This document shows positions 1 to 7,934 of a stretch of DNA of 64,000 nucleotides, piece by piece. Positions within the stretch are counted from its first letter, which is position 1; every line of letters starts with the position of its first letter. The notes beneath the pieces are model-generated. The model was not told the origin of the DNA, did no database searches, and worked only from the letters and a program-made list of their open reading frames with translations. The DNA is from a virus: IMG/VR virus record IMGVR_UViG_3300011013_000008, positions 1 through 64,000 of that record; one strand, 5' to 3'. Made by a program: the position numbers and the translations under genes.

Positions 1-94
1 GCGTATGCATTGAGCTGTGTGACAGGAATTGATCAGAAGGAATTTATGAAGCTATCTTTAAAAGCAGCAGTTAAATTAATGGGGGTATTTAGAG

Positions 95-412
95 GTGATG
101 CATGAAATTAATGCTTTGACTAATGCAGTAACTGTACTAGCAAAGCATAGTCAGACACTAGAGAAAATTGTAATGAAAATAGCAGAGGAGCTAGATAATA
201 GTAACTCTGCTATCAAAAAACTAACAGCAGAAAATGAAGTTACTAGAGAGAATTTAAAAAATACTATGCAAGTATTAGTATCTGCAACAAATACTCTAGC
301 CGACGAAATAGACAATACTAATGCTAGAGTCGAAAATCTAGAGGAGTTTAGTGATAGTCAATATAAACATGCAAAAGCTATTACTGAAATACTGTTAAAC
401 TCTAATGAGTAA
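95..412 (+). CDS. hypothetical coiled-coil protein
   Basis: 105 aa ORF with heptad-like amphipathic sequence. Confidence 0.6.
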   Translation: MMHEINALTNAVTVLAKHSQTLEKIVMKIAEELDNSNSAIKKLTAENEVTRENLKNTMQVLVSATNTLADEIDNTNARVENLEEFSDSQYKHAKAITEILLNSNE

Positions 413-415
413 TCG

Positions 416-444
416 GGCCAACGCCGGCGAAGCCGGTAATGGCC
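416..444. repeat. GGCCA...GC-GAA-GC...TGGCC palindrome, copy 1
   Basis: GGCCA acg CCGGC GAA GCCGG taa TGGCC. Confidence 0.75.
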
Positions 445-458
445 AAACTTTAAACAAT

Positions 459-498
459 AAGTTGGCCACATTGCAGCGAAGCTGATAGTGGCCAACTT
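459..498. repeat. GGCCA...GC-GAA-GC...TGGCC palindrome, copy 2
   Basis: AAGTTGGCCAC attg CAGC GAA GCTG ata GTGGCCAACTT, between convergent ORFs. Confidence 0.75.
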
Positions 499-505
499 CC
501 TCAAA

Positions 506-1249
506 TTACTCGTCCCACCAATTCTTAGGCTCTTCCTTTTTCGCTGCGACTACTGGCTCAGCCACAATGTCGTAGGGTTCAGGAACCTTATCCCAATCTT
601 CTACATCTAGAATCATAGCATGTGGAACTCTTATATCAGCACAAGCAATCCAAGTCTGGGTTAAAATCTTAGCATTTACTCTACTAGAGTAAAATGTATA
701 AACTCTATCATTAAATTCATAGTTATAAGTAGAAGAACCCCAACCACATGGACTTTTATCTTTTAAATAATTTGCACGAATTTCAGCAATATTATCTAGT
801 GTAACAATACTACTAGGAATAGATACAGGCACTAAAGCAGTTGCTAAAGATTTTCCAGTAGCCCAACGTAAATTAGAATCTTCTCTATCCCAATCATTAT
901 ACATAATACCATGTTTTCTCTTCATAGCTAGCATTAAAAGTGGTGTAAGTGCAGCATATTCTGCATTTGACGTAGATGTTTGACCCATACCCAATAATTT
1001 AGCTCTACTACCATAACCTGCTAATTGGACAGCAGCAATTAATTCAGGATCTTTAATAGTTTTTAGCGTTTCAGAAGTGGACACAAGGTTTGACTTAGTA
1101 AATTTAAGTTCAATCTCTTGCAAATCTTTTGTTAATTTAGATAAAAAAGAAGGTGGAATAGTTTTAAAAGGATTTATTGGTTTTAAAAAGTTATCTTTTT
1201 TAGCTTCATCAAATTCTTTAATTTGTTTTAATAATTTTGTATATTTCAT
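506..1249 (-). CDS. hypothetical phage protein
   Basis: 247 aa ORF with AAGAGA RBS-like sequence and its own sigma70 promoter. Confidence 0.75.
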   Translation of the reverse strand: MKYTKLLKQIKEFDEAKKDNFLKPINPFKTIPPSFLSKLTKDLQEIELKFTKSNLVSTSETLKTIKDPELIAAVQLAGYGSRAKLLGMGQTSTSNAEYAALTPLLMLAMKRKHGIMYNDWDREDSNLRWATGKSLATALVPVSIPSSIVTLDNIAEIRANYLKDKSPCGWGSSTYNYEFNDRVYTFYSSRVNAKILTQTWIACADIRVPHAMILDVEDWDKVPEPYDIVAEPVVAAKKEEPKNWWDE

Positions 1250-1488
1250 TTATGTTTCTCTTGTTAAGTTTAAAATGTGTAAAAAATAATAAATTTATGC
1301 CTTTATTTTACACGAATTTTAGGCACAGTTATAGCCGAGATGTCTTTATAATACGCCTCTTAAGTCTCTATAAAATCAAATTTCTTGAGTGAACGACAAA
1401 AAAAATCGAAGATTTTTTCCTATTCCCTCAGAACTTCGCTAAGAGAGGAGGCTATATAAATATCTCGTATTGAACAATTTATATAAAT

Positions 1489-1517
1489 ATTATATCACAA
1501 GTTTTGTAAAAAGTCAA
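1489..1517 (-). promoter_or_regulatory. sigma70 promoter
   Basis: minus strand TTGACT-17-TATAAT. Confidence 0.8.
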
Positions 1518-1677
1518 GCAATTTTTTACGAATTGTAAAAATAAATATTTAAAAATCGTTAAAAGAATTTTCTAGAATTTATTTATATTTTTATTTCTAG
1601 AATCTTATTATACTATAGTATCGGGGTAATGGTCAAGAAGTTCTAGTTTGGCACTTTTAGTGCTTAATAAAAAACAC

Positions 1678-1707
1678 TTGACAGATTGCCCCGGTATGTA
1701 GTATAAT
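1678..1707 (+). promoter_or_regulatory. sigma70 promoter upstream of the cassette array
   Basis: TTGACA-18-TATAAT. Confidence 0.8.
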
Positions 1708-1731
1708 ATATCTTTAAATGAGAGAAATTTA

Positions 1732-1854
1732 ATGAATTTTTATAATGGTGACTGTGAAATCTGTAGAGAATATTCTAGTGAAAGAGATTGTTACTATGTT
1801 GAACTTGGTAGAGAGCTTTATCTATGTCCTTCTTGTCTAGAAGAAATTTTATAA
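1732..1854 (+). CDS. small Cys-rich (CxxC..CxxC) protein
   Basis: 40 aa ORF MNFYNGDCEICRE...LCPSCLEEIL, directly after promoter and GAGAG. Confidence 0.55.
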   Translation: MNFYNGDCEICREYSSERDCYYVELGRELYLCPSCLEEIL

Positions 1855-1873
1855 TGTTGATTGATGCAAATAC

Positions 1874-1902
1874 GGCCAATATCGGCTTCGCCGCAAATGG
1901 CC
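1874..1902. repeat. GGCCA palindrome, copy 3 (inverted orientation)
   Basis: GGCCA atat CGGC TTC GCCG caaa TGGCC. Confidence 0.75.
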
Positions 1903-2020
1903 AAAATGAGGAATAATTTATACAAATTAAAGAAGCTCTTACTGACCTGGAATGTTTGTCAACAAAAAGGGCGAGATAGTATGGACAAAATGCCGTTGCG
2001 GGCACGTCGATTATGTGGGT

Positions 2021-2057
2021 AACTAACGATATAGATAACCGGCGTGGCTTGTTATAA
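2021..2057 (-). repeat. attC-like site 1 (internally deleted)
   Basis: AACTAAC gatatagataaccggcgtggctt GTTATAA; only 37 bp. Confidence 0.55.
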
Positions 2058-2067
2058 CCGAATTTAG

Positions 2068-2283
2068 TTGGAGAGTGAAATGCTTTTAGATGAGAAAGAA
2101 AAATTACGATTTATTGAATACTTAGAAATAACTGCTGAAAACTGCAAAGGTATAGCAGAACAAATGAGCAAAGCTGGTGGTACTGTGATGGAACAACTTG
2201 AAAAAAGAGAGAGAACAAAAGCAGCAGCTTGCTTATTGATAGCTAATGATTTAAGAAATTCAGAGCCTACAACCATTGGTTAA
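2068..2283 (+). CDS. cassette ORF, hypothetical (probable start ATG 2080)
   Basis: ORF between attC1 and attC2; GGAG upstream of ATG 2080. Confidence 0.7.
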   Translation: MESEMLLDEKEKLRFIEYLEITAENCKGIAEQMSKAGGTVMEQLEKRERTKAAACLLIANDLRNSEPTTIG

Positions 2284-2290
2284 AGATTCG

Positions 2291-2354
2291 TTATAACGAT
2301 AAAGCATCACCGGCGGCGGTTTTTTTGCCGTCCGAGTGAATGCGATTGTTATGT
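2291..2354 (-). repeat. attC site 2
   Basis: minus strand ACATAAC-AATCG-CATTCACTCGGACGGC...GCCGCCGGTGATG-CTTTATC-GTTATAA, with extrahelical bases in the first arm. Confidence 0.85.
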
Positions 2355-2381
2355 TTTTAATTACGGGAGGTTAATAGGAAA

Positions 2382-2561
2382 ATGAGAATACCTGCGCATC
2401 ACACAGCAGACGCGATAAAACACATGAATTGTTATGCAGAGATTGATGGCAAATGGTGGCTAGCAAGACCAGAGCCTTACTATAATTGGAAAGAACGATG
2501 GAAGCTTTCGTGGATGGGTTTAATAGGAAAAGCAGATGCAGTCACTTGGATCGGACAATAA
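2382..2561 (+). CDS. cassette ORF, 59 aa Trp-rich small phage protein (not in ORF track)
   Basis: MRIPAHHTAD...WWLARPEP...WKLSWMGLIGKADAVTWIGQ; GGAGG/AGGA upstream. Confidence 0.7.
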   Translation: MRIPAHHTADAIKHMNCYAEIDGKWWLARPEPYYNWKERWKLSWMGLIGKADAVTWIGQ

Positions 2562-2647
2562 ATATAATGATAGAGGTAACTGACGTATGACTAAACAAAA
2601 TAAAATAGCACCGGACGCTTCGCGTCCGCTTGAATGGCTTGTTATGA
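2562..2647 (-). repeat. attC-like site 3 (degenerate)
   Basis: ATATAAT (ACATAAC expected)...cggacgc ttc gcgtccg...tggctt GTTATGA. Confidence 0.6.
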
Positions 2648-2668
2648 GCCGATTATTGGAGATAGAAG

Positions 2669-2860
2669 ATGAGTGATTATAAATCGAGATTGATTATTGA
2701 AAGCAAAGAGTTGATGAAAAAATTAACAAAGCTGAGGGCGTTTAATTCCAGCGATGCTGTGAAGCAATTGGATGAGCGAGAGCAAAGGCTGCTTGCAGCT
2801 CAGCAGCAGGCACTGACCCGTTATTATGACATTCTTGAAACGAGACTGGCAGGTTTATAA
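2669..2860 (+). CDS. cassette ORF, crAss001_48-like small helical phage protein
   Basis: Y..RL..E..EL..KL.KL.AF ... EQ.LL..Q...L..Y..IL..RL pattern; stop codon lies inside the TAAC box. Confidence 0.65.
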   Translation: MSDYKSRLIIESKELMKKLTKLRAFNSSDAVKQLDEREQRLLAAQQQALTRYYDILETRLAGL

Positions 2861-2912
2861 CGCCTGCATAACTTGAGAGCGGAGCGAATCAAAGTTAATG
2901 CACTTGTTATAT
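2855..2912 (-). repeat. attC site 4
   Basis: minus strand ATATAAC-AAGTG-CATTAACT-TTGA..TCA-AGTTATG-CAGGC-GTTATAA (R''-L''-L'-R' layout), 58 bp. Confidence 0.88.
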
Positions 2913-2926
2913 TACGGGGGTAAAGG

Positions 2927-3145
2927 ATGAGTATTATTACTATCGGCGAACATCAGCACTTGAAAAATGAATATGTGTGCAGTTTTTGCGGTGATAAAAA
3001 CAAAATAGTTGTTGGTAGAGCATATAGCCTAGAGAGATACGACTACCCAAAAAAGCACTATATGTTTTCATACTGTGGGGATTGCGCTTTAAGGCAGGCA
3101 GAGAAGATGGTGAAAGTTGCCCATCCGAAGCACAAAGTAATATAA
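2927..3145 (+). CDS. cassette ORF, CxxC...CxxC zinc-binding protein
   Basis: CSFCG and CGDC motifs; bounded by the perfect inverted pair GTTATATTAC / GTAATATAAC. Confidence 0.75.
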   Translation: MSIITIGEHQHLKNEYVCSFCGDKNKIVVGRAYSLERYDYPKKHYMFSYCGDCALRQAEKMVKVAHPKHKVI

Positions 3146-3192
3146 CGTCGCAAATCCCCGGCTGAGGTACGCGTGAATTTGCTTTGTTATGT
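3140..3192 (-). repeat. attC site 5
   Basis: ATATAAC gtc GCAAATC...GAATTTGC ttt GTTATGT, 53 bp. Confidence 0.75.
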
Positions 3193-3221
3193 GTGACTTT
3201 AATATTAGTGAGGAAGGTAAA

Positions 3222-3473
3222 ATGAAAACAGTTTTTGATTGTGAGGGGGAATGTTTGGGAGATGAATGGGTTGATTTGTCTGGACTACAAGAAACCACTA
3301 GACATGCAATTTTGCAAATGATTTATCTCGATGAAACCGTGGATGCTTTGAACAGTAAACAGAATGAAAATGAGCTAAGAACAGTTGAGATAGTTGATAG
3401 CTGTTTTCATGCTTATGCTTCATCTTTTCGGTATGACGCAAAAGAAATGGCAATGGGTTTATTAAATACATAA
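3222..3473 (+). CDS. cassette ORF, hypothetical acidic protein
   Basis: ATG 3222 after GAGGAAGG; stop TAA inside ACATAAC box. Confidence 0.7.
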   Translation: MKTVFDCEGECLGDEWVDLSGLQETTRHAILQMIYLDETVDALNSKQNENELRTVEIVDSCFHAYASSFRYDAKEMAMGLLNT

Positions 3474-3525
3474 CGCCGAGCTCACCGGTGAGCGTAGCGA
3501 GTCCGAGTGATTGCGATTGTTAGGC
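3468..3525 (-). repeat. attC site 6
   Basis: ACATAAC gccga GCTCACCGG tgagcgtagcgagt CCGAGTGATTGC gatt GTTAGGC, 58 bp. Confidence 0.85.
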
Positions 3526-3550
3526 AAATTTTATTTAACTGGAGATTATA

Positions 3551-3739
3551 ATGAATAAAAAAACGCAACAAACTTATTCTATTAATATTGGCAACAATGC
3601 TCATACTGGAAAATTAGAGTATACAGGTACTACAGAAAGTATAGATGCTTTAAAGGGCTTAGGTAAGCGTATTCAAGTTTCTTTTAAAATTGATATAGAT
3701 GGTCATCCTTACAATGTAAAAACAAAGGTATTATTTTGA
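3551..3739 (+). CDS. hypothetical protein
   Basis: GGAG RBS, 62 aa. Confidence 0.6.
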   Translation: MNKKTQQTYSINIGNNAHTGKLEYTGTTESIDALKGLGKRIQVSFKIDIDGHPYNVKTKVLF

Positions 3740-4449
3740 AAATTAAACTAATAAGTGATTTACACTTAGAATTTGGCAGCTCTTTTGCTTTTAAACCTCA
3801 ACTAGATACTGTACTAGTTCTAGCAGGAGATATTCATACTAATATAGAAATGATTGATAAATTCATTTCTAGAACTGTACCAAAGTTTAAAGCTGTAATA
3901 ATGGTAGCAGGTAATCATGAGTTCTACCATATAGAATACTATAAAATGCTTGATCTGTTAAGTAAGATTAAATATGACAACTTTCACTTTTTACAGAGAC
4001 AAACTGTAACTATTGAGGATGTAACTTTTATTGGTTGTATTAGTTGGCCTAAACCAAGTATAAATACTTGGCTACAAATATCAGATAGTAGATTAATTAC
4101 AATTGGTAATACACGAGCCACTGCTCAGGATATTGCTAGACTTAGTGATACTAATAAAGCATGGCTTAAATCAAAAATATTAGCTACTAGAGATAAGAAA
4201 GTTGTGATAACTCACTTTGGCCCAGATGAATCATTATGTTCTGGTGAGTTTAAGGGTAATAGTATTAATGATTACTTCTGGAACAAAGATTATCAAGCTT
4301 ATTTCAAATATGTTGATGCTTGGCTATTTGGACATACTCATTCTAGTGTTGATACTTATATAGATGGTTGTCATTGTGTTTGTAACCCTTATGGATACTA
4401 CAATAAACTTGTAAACAAAAACTTTAATTCAGGAGAAATAAATGTGTAA
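3736..4449 (+). CDS. calcineurin-like metallophosphoesterase
   Basis: SDLH, AGD, GNHE, THF, GHTH motifs. Confidence 0.9.
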   Translation: MKIKLISDLHLEFGSSFAFKPQLDTVLVLAGDIHTNIEMIDKFISRTVPKFKAVIMVAGNHEFYHIEYYKMLDLLSKIKYDNFHFLQRQTVTIEDVTFIGCISWPKPSINTWLQISDSRLITIGNTRATAQDIARLSDTNKAWLKSKILATRDKKVVITHFGPDESLCSGEFKGNSINDYFWNKDYQAYFKYVDAWLFGHTHSSVDTYIDGCHCVCNPYGYYNKLVNKNFNSGEINV

Positions 4450-4588
4450 AGTAGTAGGTTATTTATCTCTAGCTTCATTTCTACTATTAATTTTAGTATA
4501 TAAAGTTAATATAGATATAGATACTGAAAAAAATACTATAGATATTAAGCTACAAAGACCTGATAATTTTAAAATGCATTATTAGTCA

Positions 4589-4619
4589 GGGCCAATATCT
4601 GCTTCGCAGCAAATGGCCC
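4589..4619. repeat. GGCCA palindrome, copy 4
   Basis: GGGCCA atat CTGC TTC GCAG caaa TGGCCC; compensatory change versus copy 3. Confidence 0.75.
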
Positions 4620-4634
4620 GGATAGCGTAAATTT

Positions 4635-4817
4635 ATGATAGAGAAGAGAAAAATGTTAATTAGTAAAGTAGTAAATGATGAAGCAATTTGTGTAACTGTT
4701 GAGGATGGTTTAATTACTATCTTAACTGGAGAAGATAAAAAATTTATATTCTTTGATAAAATGTCAGCTAATGAATGGTTGCTAAAAACTTATAATGGGG
4801 AGTTATTAATAGAATAA
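4635..4817 (+). CDS. hypothetical protein
   Basis: ORF track. Confidence 0.5.
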   Translation: MIEKRKMLISKVVNDEAICVTVEDGLITILTGEDKKFIFFDKMSANEWLLKTYNGELLIE

Positions 4818-5029
4818 TGTATTGGACTATATTAGTAATAGTAATCTTAGCCATACTAGTAGTTAATTGTATAATTAAGGAAAGGTGGGAATGAGAGTAT
4901 TAATATTAGTTGTAGAATTACTTTTATTATCAATCATTAGTAAAATTCTATCACTTATATTTTTAGCTGGGATTATATGGTTTTACTGGGAAGATATAAT
5001 GATATTTATTGATGGAGAATAAAAAACAT

Positions 5030-5059
5030 TTGACAAATTGCTCTTAATTCTAGTATAAT
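5030..5059 (+). promoter_or_regulatory. sigma70 promoter
   Basis: TTGACA-18-TATAAT. Confidence 0.8.
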
Positions 5060-5236
5060 ATATCTTTAATTGAAAATATATAGGAAAAATAGAAATGAAA
5101 ACTAAAGAAGATAAGCTATATGAGCTTAAAAAACAAAGAAACAAGATACTTTTAAAGTTAGCTAGTAAACCTTATGATGAGGACTTAGACCTAGCATTAG
5201 ATGATATTGATTGGCAAATTCAGGAGTTAGAGCAAA

Positions 5237-5422
5237 GTGCATCTACCTATTAAAATTGGACTTAACACAAGTCAAATATATGTGCAAGTGGATATTAATG
5301 GTGGCTGTAAACTATATGTACCAGCTGCAAATAAAGGACAAGCACTAGCACTTAAAGATAAATTAAAAAATTTCGCAGCTAATCAAAGTTGGGATTTAGA
5401 TCATGGAGGTAATGTAGCATGA
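5237..5422 (+). CDS. hypothetical protein
   Basis: AGGAG RBS, overlaps the next start codon. Confidence 0.55.
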   Translation: MHLPIKIGLNTSQIYVQVDINGGCKLYVPAANKGQALALKDKLKNFAANQSWDLDHGGNVA

Positions 5423-5775
5423 GTACATTTGATAAATATAAAACCATACAGAATATGAAAACTAAACCAGAATTTACAGAAGTAATTAAAACTATGAATG
5501 ATTATAGTGCTGAAGGGTTTTTAACAAAAGCAAAACACTTATTAGCACAGCGAGGCCAAGATTATGACTCAGAAGGTGGAGAGCGTTCTGCTGGACGAGT
5601 TGCTGCAGCTTTTAATGGAATTAAGGGCAAAGAAGTAGTGTCTGCTTCAGATATATGGATGATCCTAGTTCTATTAAAGATGGTTAGACAAGAAACAAGC
5701 CCTGATTATCATCCTGATAGTGCTGAAGACCAAGTAACTTATTCAGCTTTAATGGCAGAGGAGTTAGCTAAGTGA
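5419..5775 (+). CDS. DUF6378-like / nucleotide-modification-associated protein
   Basis: RGQDYD...ERS...LLKMVR...HPDS.ED...Y.AL pattern. Confidence 0.65.
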   Translation: MSTFDKYKTIQNMKTKPEFTEVIKTMNDYSAEGFLTKAKHLLAQRGQDYDSEGGERSAGRVAAAFNGIKGKEVVSASDIWMILVLLKMVRQETSPDYHPDSAEDQVTYSALMAEELAK

Positions 5776-5854
5776 CATTAATAGTTTATCTAGTATTCAT
5801 AATTATACTAGCACTAATATTCCTTAATAACTATTTTAATGATGGAGGAAAATA

Positions 5855-6718
5855 TTGAAACAGTATAAAGATTTACTACAAAGAATCCTAGATGAAGGAG
5901 AATCATCTGGTGATAGAACAGGAACAGGAACTACTAGGATATTCTCTCACTCAATGCATTTTGATCTAGCACAAGGATTTCCTCTAGTAACGACTAAATT
6001 TACAAGTTTTAGATTGATTGCTAGAGAACTATTATGGTTTATCAGTGGACGTACTAATATTAACTATCTAGTAAACAATGGTGTACATATTTGGGATGAA
6101 TGGGCTGATAGAAGTAATAACCTAGGCCCAGTATATGGTGCACAATGGCGAAATGCTAATGGTACTTACAGAAAGAAAATGCGCGACGAGTGGGTTCAAG
6201 ATGGAGTTGACCAACTGGGCAACGCTATAGAATTAATTAAACATAATCCTAGTAGTAGGAGAATTATAGTTGATTCTTGGCAAGTTAAAGATTTACCAGA
6301 CGAACAAATATCTCCGCAGGAGAATGTTGGTTTAGGCTTAATGGCTTTAGCTCCATGCCATATGATGTTTCAGTTCTTCGTATCAGAAGATAATAAATTA
6401 AGTCTACAAATCTATCAGCGTTCAGTAGATGTATTCTTAGGACTACCGTTCAACATTGCCAGCTACGCTGCATTGTTGCATATGGTCAGTCATGTAACAA
6501 ATAAAGAAGTTGGAACATTGCATTGGGTTGGCGGGGATATACATTTGTATAATAACCATAAAGACCAAGTTAATGAACTTCTATCACGAGAGCCTATGTA
6601 CTTACCAGATTTAAAAATATCTGGTAGTCATAATAGTATAGATGATATAGAATTTAATGATTTTATGTTAAATAATTACAACTATCATCCAGCAATTAGA
6701 GCTCCAATTAGTGTATGA
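5855..6718 (+). CDS. thyA: thymidylate synthase
   Basis: DRTGTGT, ELLWFI, LGPVYGAQWR, LAPCH, QRSVDVFLGLPFNIASY. Confidence 0.97.
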   Translation: MKQYKDLLQRILDEGESSGDRTGTGTTRIFSHSMHFDLAQGFPLVTTKFTSFRLIARELLWFISGRTNINYLVNNGVHIWDEWADRSNNLGPVYGAQWRNANGTYRKKMRDEWVQDGVDQLGNAIELIKHNPSSRRIIVDSWQVKDLPDEQISPQENVGLGLMALAPCHMMFQFFVSEDNKLSLQIYQRSVDVFLGLPFNIASYAALLHMVSHVTNKEVGTLHWVGGDIHLYNNHKDQVNELLSREPMYLPDLKISGSHNSIDDIEFNDFMLNNYNYHPAIRAPISV

Positions 6719-7236
6719 TAAAAATTATAGTAGGAATTTCCCTTAATAATGTTATAGGGGAGAAAGGGTCAAAAAAGCTACTTTGGAGTTCTGAAGTAGA
6801 TATGTTATTTTTTAAGAATACTACTGAAGGTGGTGTAGTGGTAATGGGTAATGATACCTATAAAACACTAGGTAAACCCTTACCTGATAGAGTAAATGTA
6901 GTATTAAGTAGGAAAGAAGAACCTGGTAAAAGAAATGGAATTATTTATTATAATGACTATAGAGAAATTCTAAAAGATTATCCTGCTTTCTGGGTAATTG
7001 GTGGAGAATCAATTTATAATATATTCTTACCCGTTACAGATGAAATTTATATTACAACTGTAAGTATAGATTTTAGAGGTAATAAAAATTATGCGATCTT
7101 TCCAGAAAGATATGTATCTAAAAACTTTAGAATGATACATGAAAGTGCAGTAATGAAGGATATTGATCGATTAAATAAACGTAATATTAACTTAATCTTT
7201 TCTAGATGGGTTAGAAGAAGAGGAGCATTGAATTAA
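6715..7236 (+). CDS. folA: dihydrofolate reductase
   Basis: NNVIG, D..FFK..T, VVMG..TY, KPLPDRVNVVLS, VIGGESIY. Confidence 0.95.
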   Translation: MIKIIVGISLNNVIGEKGSKKLLWSSEVDMLFFKNTTEGGVVVMGNDTYKTLGKPLPDRVNVVLSRKEEPGKRNGIIYYNDYREILKDYPAFWVIGGESIYNIFLPVTDEIYITTVSIDFRGNKNYAIFPERYVSKNFRMIHESAVMKDIDRLNKRNINLIFSRWVRRRGALN

Positions 7237-7237
7237 A

Positions 7238-7435
7238 GTGTGGAATAAGGTAAAAAAAGCAGAAATGAAAAAACAAGAAGAAATTTTACAAAATGCAGCA
7301 GTAACAAGCGATCCATTATTTGTAGCAGCAAAAGATATTTATACTGCATACTTAATTAAAGGTGAGAGTGCAAACGCTAAAACTGCATTAAGATTAGCAA
7401 AACAATTTCTAGAGGAATATAATAATGTTGTATAG
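7238..7435 (+). CDS. hypothetical protein
   Basis: ORF in operon. Confidence 0.55.
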   Translation: MWNKVKKAEMKKQEEILQNAAVTSDPLFVAAKDIYTAYLIKGESANAKTALRLAKQFLEEYNNVV

Positions 7436-7934
7436 AGAACAAGACATCCTAGATTGGGCTAGGGATAGAGGTCTATTAGAGGTTAAAAATAGAACTAAAC
7501 AAGCTCTTAAAACAGCTACAGAAGTAGCTGAATTAATTGAGCATAGTATTAATGGTACAGATATTACAGATGATATTGGTGATATCTATGTTACCATTGT
7601 AATCCAAGCATATCTTAATGCTAGAACTATGCAGCGTTGTTTAACGGAACAATTCGAAATTCCTGAAGACTATTTTAAAGGAGGAGATAGCACTGAACTA
7701 TTAGTTGAATTACATTTAGCAACTTCTCTAATGGCATCAGAAACTTTAGATTCTGCTTATGATGAATATTCTAGTATATCAGAGCATATTAGAAGTATTT
7801 ATATGATTATTAATGAAATTTGTGACCAGAAAGACTTATCATTTAAAGCTTGCGTTGACTTAGCTTATAATGAAATTAAAGGTAGAACTGGTAAACTAGT
7901 AAATGGAGTATTTGTAAAAGATGAAAAACACTAA
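7425..7934 (+). CDS. MazG-like nucleotide pyrophosphohydrolase
   Basis: WARDRGL, Q.LK..EV.EL, DDIGD.YVT, AYNEIKGRTGKLVNGVFVK. Confidence 0.85.
   Translation: MLYREQDILDWARDRGLLEVKNRTKQALKTATEVAELIEHSINGTDITDDIGDIYVTIVIQAYLNARTMQRCLTEQFEIPEDYFKGGDSTELLVELHLATSLMASETLDSAYDEYSSISEHIRSIYMIINEICDQKDLSFKACVDLAYNEIKGRTGKLVNGVFVKDEKH

Larger units (their letters stand above)
2021..3525. mobile_element. integron-type gene cassette array without integrase (CALIN-like): 5 cassettes, 6 attC-like sites
   Basis: single small ORFs separated by imperfect palindromes starting NNNTAAC and ending GTTANNN; in most cassettes the left GTTA-box complements the cassette's own right TAAC-box. Confidence 0.85.

Noticed and set aside
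506-1249. Integron integrase for the cassette array (divergent position fits)
   Set aside because: No R-H-x-x-R-H/W-Y tyrosine recombinase motifs are visible
1606-1636. Second leftward promoter (TTGACC...TATAAT)
   Set aside because: Spacing to a good -10 is too long; it may be a degenerate inverted copy of the 1678 promoter
2021-3525. CRISPR array or terminator series
   Set aside because: The repeats are not identical, the spacers are whole ORFs and there are no U-tracts; the attC model explains the boxes better
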